The notes: generated by a model not told the origin, from the letters alone. 64,000 bases of DNA from Rubripirellula sp. (GCA_965216875.1 OZ244207.1:3744001-3808000); one strand, 5' to 3'. Positions 49,559-60,018 are shown, numbered from the stretch's first letter. Numbers and translations: made by a program.

Positions 49559-49885
49559 TCATTCCAGCGCTCGATCGAGAGCCTCGGCATAACGTTGCTG
49601 CTGCTGGTGTCCGAGCAGCGTTTCAACAACGATGCCGTTTCGAAAGATAAGGACGGTTGGCAGCCGTTGAACTCCATAGCGGTCGGCCAACTCGCGGTGC
49701 TGGTCAACATCTACCTTGGCAACGGTGGCTACCGATTCATATTGCTCGGCAAGTGAGTCGATGACTTGGCCAAGCAATCGGCAGGGCGGACACCATGGCG
49801 CCCAAAAATCGACCAGCACCGGGCGATCCGAATCGATCACCTGCTGCCGAAACGTGGCGTCGGTCAAATCAATCGTTTTGGCCAT
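49559..49885 (-). CDS. trxA: Thioredoxin (WCPPC)
   Basis: PVLVDFWAPWCPPC, AKVDVD, YGVQRLPT; 108 aa. Confidence 0.92.
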   Translation of the reverse strand: MAKTIDLTDATFRQQVIDSDRPVLVDFWAPWCPPCRLLGQVIDSLAEQYESVATVAKVDVDQHRELADRYGVQRLPTVLIFRNGIVVETLLGHQQQQRYAEALDRALE

Positions 49886-49926
49886 CTATTTGCTCCCAGC
49901 TTGAGTGTTCTTTGGCGAAACCTGTT

Positions 49927-49943
49927 AGCAGGGGACGTGCCAA
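49927..49943 (-). promoter_or_regulatory. Sigma-54 promoter driving the thioredoxin gene
   Basis: Minus strand TTGGCACGTCCCCTGCT (GG-N10-GC), 41 nt upstream of the ATG; a sigma-54 activator gene is divergent. Confidence 0.75.
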
Positions 49944-49989
49944 CGACCAAAACAAAGCCGCAAACCGTTTCCCGACAGAGAGTTAGCAC

Positions 49990-50069
49990 TCACGACGCGA
50001 CCGAAACCCCGGTCGCGAACTCTCGTGACTTGTTGAGGTTTCGCGAGGCAGTCGCGATATTTCGTTACA
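49990..50069. promoter_or_regulatory. Candidate upstream activator sites for the adjacent enhancer-binding protein
   Basis: Imperfect palindromes GTCGCGA-ACTC-TCGTGAC and GTCGCGA-TATT-TCGTTAC 40 bp apart, plus GCGACCG-N6-CGGTCGC. Confidence 0.45.
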
Positions 50070-50109
50070 TTCAAAGCAAAGCACTCAGGTGCCTTCCAAC
50101 CGCGCAATC

Positions 50110-51726
50110 ATGGCCATGCCCCCCACAGACCAATGTCCGACCGACGTTTCGTTGTTGAAGCAGTTGCTGCTTGAAATGGCTCAACAGCAGTCGGTTGACC
50201 AGCTTCTTACTTTGGTCGTTGACCGACTCGCACAACTGCCCGATGCAGCACTGGTCCGCGTTTGGCTGGTCGGCCCCGATGACACGTGCGCGATCTGCAA
50301 AAGCGACGACGAAACCCCGAGTCATGACGAATGTTTGCACTTGGTCGCGAGCGAGGGCCGTTCACTTGCGGGCGAGCGTTGGAACCGACTTGATGGCGAT
50401 TTCCATCGCTTTCAAATCGGCGCCCGCAAGGTCGGAATGATCGCGTTGAACGCCCAGCCGATCGAGATCCCCGATACGGTTGCCGACCCCAACTGGATCG
50501 CCTTGCCCGAGTGGGCTGAAGAAGAAAAGATCCGCGCCTTCGGTGGACAACCTTTGATTCACCAAGGACGCGTTCTTGGCGTGTTGGCGGTCTTCACGCG
50601 TGCTTGTCTCGGCGAAGACAACCTGACGTGGATGCGGATGATCGCCGATCATTTGGCCGCCGCGATTTCGATGGCTCGTGCTTTCGAAGAAATCGACAAG
50701 CTTAAACAACAACTCGAACAAGAACGTGATTACCTGCGTGCTGAAGTGCTCCAGGCTCACGCCTTTGGCGAGATCGTCGGTCGCAGTCCCGCGCTGCAGA
50801 ACGTGTTGCAACAGATCGAACTGGTTGCCCCCACCGACGCCAGCGTGCTGGTGCTTGGCGAATCGGGTACTGGCAAAGAGTTGATCGCCCGAGAAATTCA
50901 TCGACGTAGTGAACGAAAGTCGCACCCGATGGTCAAAGTGAATTGCGCCTCGGTTCCGCGGGAGCTCTACGAGAGTGAGTTCTTTGGCCACGAGAAAGGC
51001 GCGTTCACCGGCGCGATCGACAAGCGGACAGGCCGTTTTGAACTCGCCGATGGCGGAACGCTCTTCCTTGACGAGGTGGGTGAAATCCCACTCGCACTCC
51101 AAAGCAAACTCTTGCGAGTGCTACAGGAAGGCGAGTTTGAACGTGTTGGCTCGGGCAAGACGCATCGAGTGGACGTTCGAATCGTTGCGGCAACCAACCG
51201 AGACTTGAAGGAAGAGGTCGCTGCTGGCCGCTTTCGAGAGGACCTCTACTATCGATTGAATGTCTTTCCCATCGAGATTGCGCCACTGCGAGAGCGTCGG
51301 GATGACATCGAATTGCTCGCCGCGCACTTTGTCACTGCCTGCTGCGAAAAGATGCGGCGACCGCATCCACGGATCACGCGTTCGGCCATCCAGCGGCTGA
51401 CCCGATACGGCTGGCCCGGGAACATTCGCGAGCTTCAAAATGTGATCGAGCGCGCCGTGATCACCAGTACGGGCGGCAAACTTGTTGTCGACCTTCCAGA
51501 TGCGGATGACTCGATCGAAGCGATGCCGAGTAGCGTTGTTGTCGAGGAGACCGCAGTGATTTCAGATGCCGATATGCGCCGCCGCGAACGTGACAACCTG
51601 TTGGCTGCCTTGAAAGAGGCATCGTGGAAAATCTCGGGCCCCGATGGAGCGGCCGCGATGCTCGGCATCAAGCCGACCACCTTGACCAGCCGCATGAAGA
51701 AGATGGGAATCAAACGACCAGTTTGA
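50110..51726 (+). CDS. Sigma-54-dependent activator, GAF-AAA+-HTH (FhlA-like)
   Basis: GAF domain; [57 protein letters not shown]. Confidence 0.93.
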   Translation: MAMPPTDQCPTDVSLLKQLLLEMAQQQSVDQLLTLVVDRLAQLPDAALVRVWLVGPDDTCAICKSDDETPSHDECLHLVASEGRSLAGERWNRLDGDFHRFQIGARKVGMIALNAQPIEIPDTVADPNWIALPEWAEEEKIRAFGGQPLIHQGRVLGVLAVFTRACLGEDNLTWMRMIADHLAAAISMARAFEEIDKLKQQLEQERDYLRAEVLQAHAFGEIVGRSPALQNVLQQIELVAPTDASVLVLGESGTGKELIAREIHRRSERKSHPMVKVNCASVPRELYESEFFGHEKGAFTGAIDKRTGRFELADGGTLFLDEVGEIPLALQSKLLRVLQEGEFERVGSGKTHRVDVRIVAATNRDLKEEVAAGRFREDLYYRLNVFPIEIAPLRERRDDIELLAAHFVTACCEKMRRPHPRITRSAIQRLTRYGWPGNIRELQNVIERAVITSTGGKLVVDLPDADDSIEAMPSSVVVEETAVISDADMRRRERDNLLAALKEASWKISGPDGAAAMLGIKPTTLTSRMKKMGIKRPV

Positions 51727-51745
51727 AGTTCGCAGTTCATCGTTC

Positions 51746-51803
51746 GTTGTACCGGCTTCAGCTGGAATCTTCATCAAGTCCGCCCAAAGGCGGGACGCCA
51801 AAC
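51746..51803. repeat. Degenerate REP family A copy between convergent genes
   Basis: GTTGTACCGGCTTCAGCTGGAATCT...CCGCCCAAAGGCGGGACG. Confidence 0.55.
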
Positions 51804-51810
51804 GAGCCGT

Positions 51811-52938
51811 TCAACGTGTTTCCTCGATCGCTTTTCTCACCGCGTTTTCGTCGATGCCACCAACCAAATCGACGTGGCCAATCTTGGTCGGCAAGATGAA
51901 GCGTAGTTTGCCGTGAGCCACCTTTTTGTCGCGCATCATGACCGGCAACATCTCATCGGCACTTGCGGGTTCAAAGGTGATGGGCAAGCGACATGCTTCA
52001 AGCAGCTTGGTTTGGCGATCCAGCAAGCCTGCGTCGCACATACCGAGGTCGATGGCAAGCCGAGCGGCCATTTGCATCCCGATCGAGATCGCTTCGCCGT
52101 GCAACAGCGTGCCGTAACCGGCAGTCGCTTCGATGGCGTGGCCGAAGGTGTGACCATAATTCAGGATCGCCCGACGTCCGCTCGTTTCACGCTCGTCGGC
52201 TCCGACGACACGCGCTTTGGACTCGCAGCTCTTTGCGATCGCGTGACGCATCGCCGCCTCGTCTCGATCGACCAAAGCGCCCGCGTTGACTTCAAGCCAG
52301 TCGAAGAACTCAGCATCATCGATCACGCCGTATTTGACCACTTCGGCCAAGCCACTGAGATAACTTCGATCGGGGAGCGTCGAAAGGACTTCGGTGCCGA
52401 TCAAGACCGCAGCGGGCTGCCAAAAGGCGCCCACCATGTTTTTTGCCCCGGGAAGGTTGATTCCTGTTTTGCCCCCCACACTGCTGTCGACCATCGCCAG
52501 CAGCGTCGTCGGAACTTGAACAAAGCGAATTCCGCGAGCAAACGAAGCAGCAACGTAGCCGGCCAAATCCCCAGCGACTCCGCCGCCAACGGCGAAGACC
52601 ACACTGCGCCGATCACCACCATGCTCAAGCACCCATTCGAGCAGCCGCTCGAATTCGGCCAGCGATTTAGAAGGTTCGCCCGATGGCACCGTGGTCGACG
52701 CGACACGGATGGCGTCTTGGCCGTGCTTCAACCCCGACAATGTTTTGCAAAGTTGGTTGGCCCACGGATCGGCAACCGCCTCGTCCGAAATCACTAACGC
52801 ATGCGACAAATCGTCCAGGCGATCCGCGATGACGTCGGTGGTACCAGCAAGTTGCCCCGTGATTTTGATCGGATAGCTACGATCACCAATCGGAACTAGG
52901 ACGATTTGGCTCGGGGACTCTTGAGTCGGTGATACCAT
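51811..52938 (-). CDS. aroB: 3-dehydroquinate synthase
   Basis: GGGVAGDLAGY, PTTLLAMVDSSVGGKTG, KNMVGAF, LNYGHTFGHAIE, HGEA, DKK. Confidence 0.95.
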   Translation of the reverse strand: MVSPTQESPSQIVLVPIGDRSYPIKITGQLAGTTDVIADRLDDLSHALVISDEAVADPWANQLCKTLSGLKHGQDAIRVASTTVPSGEPSKSLAEFERLLEWVLEHGGDRRSVVFAVGGGVAGDLAGYVAASFARGIRFVQVPTTLLAMVDSSVGGKTGINLPGAKNMVGAFWQPAAVLIGTEVLSTLPDRSYLSGLAEVVKYGVIDDAEFFDWLEVNAGALVDRDEAAMRHAIAKSCESKARVVGADERETSGRRAILNYGHTFGHAIEATAGYGTLLHGEAISIGMQMAARLAIDLGMCDAGLLDRQTKLLEACRLPITFEPASADEMLPVMMRDKKVAHGKLRFILPTKIGHVDLVGGIDENAVRKAIEETR

Positions 52939-53077
52939 GAATTTGTACGAAGTGGGGTGAATGCGAAACCTGGGAAGTAAGCCATTGCTGGGATCGACCG
53001 CCGGGCGCGATTGACCGCGAGTGCGATCGACTATCAGGGGCTTGCTAGAAAATGTCAAACCTCTGACAACTTAGTCC

Positions 53078-53692
53078 ATGACCGACACATCCATCGAGAC
53101 GGCATCCGACGAACAAGGCTCGAAATTGGCCGACCACGCAGACAAGTACAACGACCCGCGAGCAAAGATCACGCGGCGAGGCGTGCTGATGGGGATCGGT
53201 GTCTTCGTTTTCGCAATGCTCGGGGCTGCCGCCAGCATTACCCTTCGCCGCACACAGGTTGGCGAAACGACCCGGTTTTGGGGCGAAGACACGATCGCGG
53301 CGCTGCGTCTGGGCGAACGGATCAAAATGAGCCCGCGACAAGGCCGAGAGTTCCCCGAAGTCGAGCTGACCGGAACGCCTGGTCTTGGGCATCTACGCCG
53401 CCTCCTTTTGGATGAGCGGAACTTTGATTGGGCGAGCGAAGCGAAGTCCACCGTGCTGGAGCAGGCGGCGGGAAGCGACCCCAAGTTTGTGGTGACGCTA
53501 ACGATCACCGACCCCACGATTCATCGTTTTGACGATGTCCACATCGACCTCGACCTCATCGGGGGCTGGGCGGGGCATCGCGATCAAGCGGCCACCGTGC
53601 AGGTCGCCGAGAGAAAACGGGAAAGCCTGAGACGTTTTCTCACACTGATCATGGACAAAGAAAAGAACCGCTACGACCTCCGCGCGGAGTGA
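53078..53692 (+). CDS. Single-TM hypothetical protein
   Basis: 204-aa ORF with one N-terminal TM helix. Confidence 0.65.
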   Translation: MTDTSIETASDEQGSKLADHADKYNDPRAKITRRGVLMGIGVFVFAMLGAAASITLRRTQVGETTRFWGEDTIAALRLGERIKMSPRQGREFPEVELTGTPGLGHLRRLLLDERNFDWASEAKSTVLEQAAGSDPKFVVTLTITDPTIHRFDDVHIDLDLIGGWAGHRDQAATVQVAERKRESLRRFLTLIMDKEKNRYDLRAE

Positions 53693-53695
53693 GGA

Positions 53696-53771
53696 GTAGC
53701 TACCTTCGCCAGAAGGTGGGAGGGTTGGGCAGGCCTTCTCCACCACCCCACGCTCTGGCGAGCGTAGCTAC
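53696..53771. repeat. REP family B copy
   Basis: GTAGCTACCTTCGCCAGAAGGTGG...CCACGCTCTGGCGAGCGTAGCTACG. Confidence 0.8.
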
Positions 53772-54049
53772 GGAAAGCCCAGACCCGTGTCCTCTTCGGA
53801 AGGGATTTCGACCCGCCCGGCCAGCGTCCGAGTCGCCGCTGGGTACATTTGGACAGACGGTTCGTTCTACCCTCGTAGCCGCCTGACCCGCAGAATCCGA
53901 CTCGCGCGAGGCTTTCGCGGGTGGTTGAGAAGCAAGTTTGGACGCTTCTTGCTGCCGATTATTGGCTTCACCGCCTATAATGGAACCTTCCCTCCTCCCC
54001 CTTTTGTCCTCTTATCGACCGCACAATTCTGTGTGAAACGAGACAATTT

Positions 54050-55618
54050 ATGGCAACGGCCACCGACCCAAATTGGGATGTCGATGACGCGATTCCCGCC
54101 GAACCTGCCGAGGAAGAAAACAACGAACCCGATGCCGATCCCTATCGTCGGTTTCTGTTTTTCCAAGCGACGCCCGCTTGGCTCGTCAGCACGATGGTTC
54201 ATGTATTGATCTTCCTGGTCCTCGGATTGGTCACGATTGCTGACCCGGTCAAGATCGTGAATGTGCTGACCGCCAACAACACAGGCGAAGAAGGTCCAGA
54301 GATTGAAGAGTTCACCATCGACGAAATCGATCCTGGTGAAGTCAGCGAGATGGAAGAGGTCGCTGAGCCGGTCGACGTTTCCGAGCCAGTCGAAATGATC
54401 GAGCCGACTGCGATGGAGCCGATGGAAATCGCAACGGTCGATTTCGAGATGTCGGACCTCGCCGCCGACATGGCACCGACCGCATCGATGCTGCAATCAC
54501 TCTCATCCCTTTCCGCTGCTCCGCTAAGTAGTCGCAGCGCCGACATGAAGAAAAAGTTGCTGCGTGACTACGGCGGCAACGAAAGCAGTGAAGCGGCCGT
54601 CACCAAAGCTTTGAAGTGGTTGTCGCGTCACCAAATGCCGAACGGGGCTTGGACCTACGCGCACAACGTCGTCTGTCGCAACAACTGTGGCGATCCAGGT
54701 GAACCGAACCGTGCCAAGGCAGTCAACGCAGCAACCGCGATGGCGCTGCTTCCGTTCATGGGAGCAGGACAAACGCACATTCAGGGCGAGTACCGCGAGG
54801 TCGTCTTTCGTGGTCTTCGGTTCCTGATTCAAAACGGAAAAGCCGGCAAGAAGAACGGCTTGCCGGTTCTCGACCTCTCGGAAGGTCCGGGCAACATGTA
54901 TTCGCACGGACTCGCAGCCATCGCGCTGTGCGAAGCCTATGCGATGACCGAAGACCCGGAACTGGCCGGACCAGCGCAAGCTGCCCTGAACTTCATTGTC
55001 TACGCCCAGTGCCGCGATGGCGGTTGGCGTTACCGTCCACAACAACCCGATGGCGGCGACACGTCGGTGACCGGTTGGCAAGTGATGGCGCTCAAGAGCG
55101 GTTACATGGGGCACCTGGCCGTTCCGCCACAAACCATTCAAGGATCCATGCTGTTCCTTGATAAAGTGCAATCGAACAACGGTTCACGCTACGGCTACAC
55201 CAAACCTGACACGAGGGTCCGCCAAGCCTGCACTGCGATCGGCTTGCTCTGTCGCATGTACACCGGTTGGGACAAAGATCACCCCGGGATCAAGGCAGGT
55301 GTCAAAGAACTGGCCAAGATTGGTGTCATGAAGAATGACATCTACTACGACTATTACGCGGCCCAGGTGTTACGACATCACGGCGGAGCCGAATGGGACA
55401 AATTCAACATCGAGCTGCGTGATTGGCTCGTTTCGACCCAATCCACCGAAGGTGGTGCTCGCGGCAGCTGGCACTTTCCCAACAGCAGTTCTCATCGAGG
55501 CCCCAAAGAGGGCGGGCGTTTAGCAAGCACGTCGTTCGCGACGATGATTTTGGAAGTTTACTACCGCCATATGCCGTTGTACGCTGATGCGGCAGCCGAA
55601 GAGGATTTCCCGCTGTAG
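54050..55618 (+). CDS. Membrane-anchored protein with prenyltransferase/squalene-cyclase-like repeats
   Basis: TM helix, acidic linker, ALKWLSRHQ..NGAW, MYSHGLA.IALCEAY, Q..DGGWRY, GDTSVTGW, GGRLAST. Confidence 0.82.
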   Translation: MATATDPNWDVDDAIPAEPAEEENNEPDADPYRRFLFFQATPAWLVSTMVHVLIFLVLGLVTIADPVKIVNVLTANNTGEEGPEIEEFTIDEIDPGEVSEMEEVAEPVDVSEPVEMIEPTAMEPMEIATVDFEMSDLAADMAPTASMLQSLSSLSAAPLSSRSADMKKKLLRDYGGNESSEAAVTKALKWLSRHQMPNGAWTYAHNVVCRNNCGDPGEPNRAKAVNAATAMALLPFMGAGQTHIQGEYREVVFRGLRFLIQNGKAGKKNGLPVLDLSEGPGNMYSHGLAAIALCEAYAMTEDPELAGPAQAALNFIVYAQCRDGGWRYRPQQPDGGDTSVTGWQVMALKSGYMGHLAVPPQTIQGSMLFLDKVQSNNGSRYGYTKPDTRVRQACTAIGLLCRMYTGWDKDHPGIKAGVKELAKIGVMKNDIYYDYYAAQVLRHHGGAEWDKFNIELRDWLVSTQSTEGGARGSWHFPNSSSHRGPKEGGRLASTSFATMILEVYYRHMPLYADAAAEEDFPL

Positions 55619-55647
55619 TCTTTCATTGCTCCTGCACGGTGTGTTCC

Positions 55648-56832
55648 ATGATTCGAGTGGTTTGCAGTCTCTCGTTGATGTTCGTGTCGACGATTGCGTT
55701 TGCCCAATTCAAACTTCCGACGGTCGATGAAGCTCTGAAGATCTCGGCCGAAACGGGTAAACCGATTTTCGCGATGGCGGGCCAAGAAACGTGACCGCCT
55801 TGCGTTGCGTTGCTCAAACGGCTCGAAACCGATCGGTCGTTGGCACGCTTTGCGGGACAGTTCGTTCCGCTCAAAATTGTCACAAGCAACAATCCGGACT
55901 GGGCCAAGTGGTCCCGAAAGTACCCGGTCGACGGTAACGGCATCCCTCGACTTTACGTCGTTCGCGCTGATGGCGAAAAACTTTTCGGCGCCGTCGGCTC
56001 ACTTCCCGGTGACAAGCTTCCTCAGATGATGACGGCCGCATTACAAATGTCGGGTCGGCAATTCAACGAAGTCGAAGCAACGGCACTCAAGTCAGCGGGC
56101 GAAAAAGCCAAATCGGAACTGAGCAACAACAATCCCCTTGCCGCCGCACACGCGCTGGCATCCATTTCCAGCCTCGGTGCCCCAGATGAACTGGGCAGCT
56201 TCGCTCGCACCGCGGTCCTTGCCGGGGAAGCGTTCGAAGAATTGCAGAAGCAACTTGAATCGCAAGTCGACGATGCCCAATCGAAACTGTCAGCCAGTGG
56301 TGATCAAGAAACGCTCACCGCACTGGTCAAGATCGCGGAAGCCGAAAACGCCTATTCGCTCTTTCCCAAGCTTCGCAAATCGGCAGGTGGGCTCACACGA
56401 GAGATCAAGAAAGAGAAACCATTGGCAGATCTCTACACTCAAGCGAGTGGCTTGGTCAAAGCCCGCGCGTTGGTTTATTCGCCCAAACGAAACGTCAAAC
56501 TACGTGCGAGTTCGGCCTTTGCCTCGTTGATTCGGCGCTACCCCGGAACAGAAGTTGAAACGCTCGCACGCAAAGACCTTGAAGAGATTGATCCTGATGC
56601 GGCGATCCTCAGCGCCGACACGCCGTCGATGACCGTATCGCCAAACGCATCGAAACCGACCACGTTCCGCACCTGGACTTCCAAGTCGGGGACGTTCGAA
56701 ACCGAAGCGATGTACTTGCAACAGAAATCGGGCAAGGTTCAACTGCAGTTACGCAACGGCCGCAAAATCGTGGCATCGATCGATCAGCTCAGCGAATCCG
56801 ATCAGGCCTACCTCCGAACTCGCATCCAATGA
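55648..56832 (+). CDS. Exported thioredoxin-fold + SHD1-domain protein with in-frame TGA (55792-55794) in a UxxC motif; predicted selenoprotein / UGA-readthrough product (394 aa)
   Basis: ATG 55648 gives a signal peptide then ...VDEALKISAETGKPIFAMAGQET-TGA-PPC-VALLKRL, in frame with the 55810-56832 ORF; cis-Pro GIPRLYVV; C-terminal RTWTSKSG...LSESDQAYL (SHD1). Confidence 0.75.
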
Positions 56833-57074
56833 ACCCCTACGATTCCCCCAACGAACCTCGCGACCCGACCGATCGACCGATCTACCACCACGATCCCGAA
56901 GAACTGGCGGCGCGGCAAAAAGCATTGCTCGTTCGCCTCGGATTGCTGGCCGTCCTGACCACCGTCATTTCGTTGATCGGTATTTTTATCATGGGGCTAG
57001 CCGTTGTCCCCATCTCCATTCTGGTCGCTCTGGTCACGGGGATCCTGTTCACGGTCAAGCCTAAGGATCGGTAG
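56829..57074 (+). CDS. Small membrane protein with N-terminal NPYxSP motif
   Basis: ATGA overlap with the upstream stop; two hydrophobic helices. Confidence 0.7.
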   Translation: MNPYDSPNEPRDPTDRPIYHHDPEELAARQKALLVRLGLLAVLTTVISLIGIFIMGLAVVPISILVALVTGILFTVKPKDR

Positions 57075-57133
57075 CGACAGCCCCTCGCATACGCGCACGT
57101 GAGCTGAGAGTCGGCCGCCACAAACCATCGGCG

Positions 57134-57436
57134 ATGAATCACGATTCCCTTCTGCCGCATCAACGTGACCTACATCGATGTCTTGTCATGGAAGCCAAGC
57201 AGGCTGGCGAAACCACCATCATCTACCGCACCGAGTGGCTAGGCTATCTGCCCTACGGTCAATATCACTGGATCGAGTGCAACGGCGAAACGCTCACGCT
57301 CGACCTGGGCCAAGACTGGGAATTGAGTGACCTGGAACAGCTCGAACGGTTGGGGCTTCTCACCAAACTGAGTGACACGACCGCAAAGGATGACCACACC
57401 GATCGCGCAGTCGTTTACGAAATTCGCGAAGGTTGA
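57134..57436 (+). CDS. Hypothetical protein (100 aa)
   Basis: ATG-initiated ORF filling the gap; normal composition. Confidence 0.55.
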   Translation: MNHDSLLPHQRDLHRCLVMEAKQAGETTIIYRTEWLGYLPYGQYHWIECNGETLTLDLGQDWELSDLEQLERLGLLTKLSDTTAKDDHTDRAVVYEIREG

Positions 57437-57484
57437 AACCGACACCATCCGTTGGCTGCTGGCCGACGGTTGCTGGGCCTTTGG

Positions 57485-58708
57485 TCACTGAACCTCAGGC
57501 TGTCGGGGTTCAAAACGCAGGTTGCGGAATCGGGTATCCCACCCCCACAGCCCAATCTTGCCCGACGCTCGCTCACCAAGCATTTCTTCGACAACCAACA
57601 CGGGCGTTTCGAAATCCTCGACGTACGTAGTGAGTGTTTTCCCGTCGAGTTCGATGCGAACTTTGAACCATTCGTTGACCGTCATCTCAGCGCCCGCTTC
57701 GTACTTGCCGGGAGATTGAGTTCGCAGCGTTCGCCAATCAGCGCCGTCAACACCCTTCGAAACGTATTGGACTGAATTTTGGTGCTTGGCCGTTCCCGAG
57801 TTTTGAGGACGGAAATAGATCAAGTCATAGTTGGACGTATCGGATCCACGGATAGCAATGCCGCTAAAGATATCCGAAGCGATCTCCACTTCGATGACGC
57901 CATCGCCCAGTTCCACACCGGGCAAGTAGGCAACGGTGTTGTCTTGGCCTTTGGTGTGTGCGACACGCTCGCCTTGAAACATCACCGAGTCAATCGTGCC
58001 ATTGACTTCCCGCCAGTCGACGTTGACCAGATCAATCATTTTGCCGGGCTCGATCTTCGCGGCTGGTTTGTTTGGCATCGCCGCAGGTTTGCTCGTTGAT
58101 GCGACGAGCTTTTCAAAGACCACGGTCGAACTGTTCGACACGACCGCAAGTTGTCGATTGTTATCCGCTCGAAACGCGATGTTAGGTTCCAATCGACGGA
58201 CGTTCCCCTCCCAATCGACAAGGGCTTTCCCATCAAGCTTGGCCGCGATCGAAACGCTATCCTCGCCGGCACGAGAAACCTCGACTTCTACCTGATAAGG
58301 TCGACCGTTTTCGAGGGTGCCGGGGCGCACCGAGGTTGGATTGGATTCATCCTTGGAACTCAGCGAGTCGACCCTGGCAAGACCATGCGAATCACCTTTC
58401 CAGCCACCCAGCTCAAGCAACACCTGCGTTTGGCCAAGCGGAAGCACAATTCCCACGAGATCCTCACCCGTTCGTCTGATGAATTGGAACGACACCGTGT
58501 AGGGTAGCGCGATGTCGTAGTCGATCGGACAGATTGATCGGCCGCCGTCCGCGTCACAAACAAGCGTGGTTTCGGTCTGATCCCAACTCCCCACGATGCC
58601 GGTTGACTCGAGATCGATGACCTTGAGCAGGTCGACCTTCGTGCTTTGACCGTGGGCGGAAAAGCAGAACAGGAACGGGAACGTCGCAACCATCAGACGA
58701 ACGAGCAT
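57485..58708 (-). CDS. Exported beta-sandwich protein (DUF1080 / concanavalin-like domains)
   Basis: Signal peptide ending AHG; GVIEVEI, SGIA.R, YFRP.N, WFKVRIELDG, GKIGLW, FRNL. Confidence 0.72.
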   Translation of the reverse strand: MLVRLMVATFPFLFCFSAHGQSTKVDLLKVIDLESTGIVGSWDQTETTLVCDADGGRSICPIDYDIALPYTVSFQFIRRTGEDLVGIVLPLGQTQVLLELGGWKGDSHGLARVDSLSSKDESNPTSVRPGTLENGRPYQVEVEVSRAGEDSVSIAAKLDGKALVDWEGNVRRLEPNIAFRADNNRQLAVVSNSSTVVFEKLVASTSKPAAMPNKPAAKIEPGKMIDLVNVDWREVNGTIDSVMFQGERVAHTKGQDNTVAYLPGVELGDGVIEVEIASDIFSGIAIRGSDTSNYDLIYFRPQNSGTAKHQNSVQYVSKGVDGADWRTLRTQSPGKYEAGAEMTVNEWFKVRIELDGKTLTTYVEDFETPVLVVEEMLGERASGKIGLWGWDTRFRNLRFEPRQPEVQ

Positions 58709-58887
58709 GCATGATCTCCTCGTGCTGAAACCGATCGCAGCCTCGCGGAGTCCCAGCAGTCTATTGAAGCACATCGAAACCCAGCGCAACATCGGCTGGC
58801 ACTACTTATACGAACGAGTCTCCGAGGATCTTGATTGCACCAAATTTCTCGTCATGATGATTTTTATGGGGATCACCCCGTGACGGT

Positions 58888-59406
58888 GTGATCGCTTGGA
58901 GAAATCTGTTGCAATCCGAATCGAGTGCTGAGTCGAACGACGATCGCGCAATCATACGCGCCGGGTTTCGCTATGCGCTGTCGTTGACCCATGACCGGCA
59001 CGATGCCGAAGATCTCGTCCAACAGGCATGCCTCAAGACGTTCCGGTCGCGCGGCAAATTGATCAGCAAACGGTACCTGTTCGTCGCGATTCGCAACCTG
59101 TTCGTTGATCGATGTCGAAAAAAGCAACTCCATCGCGCCGATCTCGACACCGTCGACTTGGCCGACCCGAAGCCCTCTCAATCGGAACGGCTCGAACATC
59201 GCGACGACATCCAAACCATGCTCAGCCTGCTTAGTTACGAGCAGCGCGAGGTGTTGTTTCTCAATTGCGTCGAAGGCTACACCGCCGCCGAAATCGCTGA
59301 AATCACAGGACAACCCCGAGGAACGATCCTGAGTCAATTGGCTCGTGTAAAAAAGAAGCTCGTGGATCGCTTTGGCGATGTGGAGGTGACATGCCATGAC
59401 GATTGA
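58888..59406 (+). CDS. ECF-type RNA polymerase sigma factor
   Basis: RYALSLTHDRHDAEDLVQQA, YLFVAIRNLFVD, QREVLFL..VEGYTAAEIA...PRGTILSQLAR. Confidence 0.9.
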   Translation: MIAWRNLLQSESSAESNDDRAIIRAGFRYALSLTHDRHDAEDLVQQACLKTFRSRGKLISKRYLFVAIRNLFVDRCRKKQLHRADLDTVDLADPKPSQSERLEHRDDIQTMLSLLSYEQREVLFLNCVEGYTAAEIAEITGQPRGTILSQLARVKKKLVDRFGDVEVTCHDD

Positions 59407-60007
59407 CGAGCAAGACGTTGTTGACTTCTATAAGAACGCCGAGCTTGATGACGCACACGTTGATGCCATCCTCGCAAGCGGGCAACATGTCGTCTCGGCG
59501 CGGCGATGGAAACGCATCGCGATCGCTTCGATGGTTGCTTTGGCAGCAACGTTAGTCGTTGTTGTCGGCGTTCTATCACGCAATGCCGATGCTCCTCATC
59601 AAAACGATCAACAACAGGCTGCACGGCCCGACGAGGGTGTCAATGCGGTTGTGCGGCCGAGCGCCGAAGTTGAGCAACCCGCAACGACCTACCGGCTTGC
59701 CGCCTTTCGCAGCCACAATGATCAATGCCCGCATTGTCGCGCCACCGGCGAGCTGTACCAAACGCTGTCGGATCGTTTTGCCGACGCGTCGATCGAATTC
59801 GAAAAGTTTGAGCTTCAAGACCGAGCTCGCCTCGATGACACCAAAGCGAAAATCAAAACACGAGGGCTTGGTGAACTGGTGGAAGGAAAACAGGAGACTG
59901 CGTTCGCCGTCTTGCTGTCGCCAACCGGCAAGGTGTTGCAACGGTTCAAGGGAACGGATGACGTGCAAAGCGTCCAAACCAAGATCGCCAACGTGATCGA
60001 GCAATAA
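59396..60007 (+). CDS. Putative anti-sigma factor with TM helix and extracytoplasmic CxxC thioredoxin-like domain
   Basis: Overlaps the sigma stop, SD GGAGGTG; short cytoplasmic N-terminus, TM helix, AFRSHNDQCPHC, LLSPTGKVLQRFKG. Confidence 0.72.
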   Translation: MTIDEQDVVDFYKNAELDDAHVDAILASGQHVVSARRWKRIAIASMVALAATLVVVVGVLSRNADAPHQNDQQQAARPDEGVNAVVRPSAEVEQPATTYRLAAFRSHNDQCPHCRATGELYQTLSDRFADASIEFEKFELQDRARLDDTKAKIKTRGLGELVEGKQETAFAVLLSPTGKVLQRFKGTDDVQSVQTKIANVIEQ

Positions 60008-60018
60008 CCGAGTTCCCC

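Noticed and set aside
54050..55618. Squalene-hopene cyclase / terpene biosynthetic cluster
   Set aside because: Only one repeat domain, no DxDD motif, and no isoprenoid genes nearby.
55810..56832. Independent 340-aa gene starting at TTG 55810
   Set aside because: It would begin just after the active-site motif, mid-domain, with no signal peptide or SD; the upstream in-frame segment explains it better.
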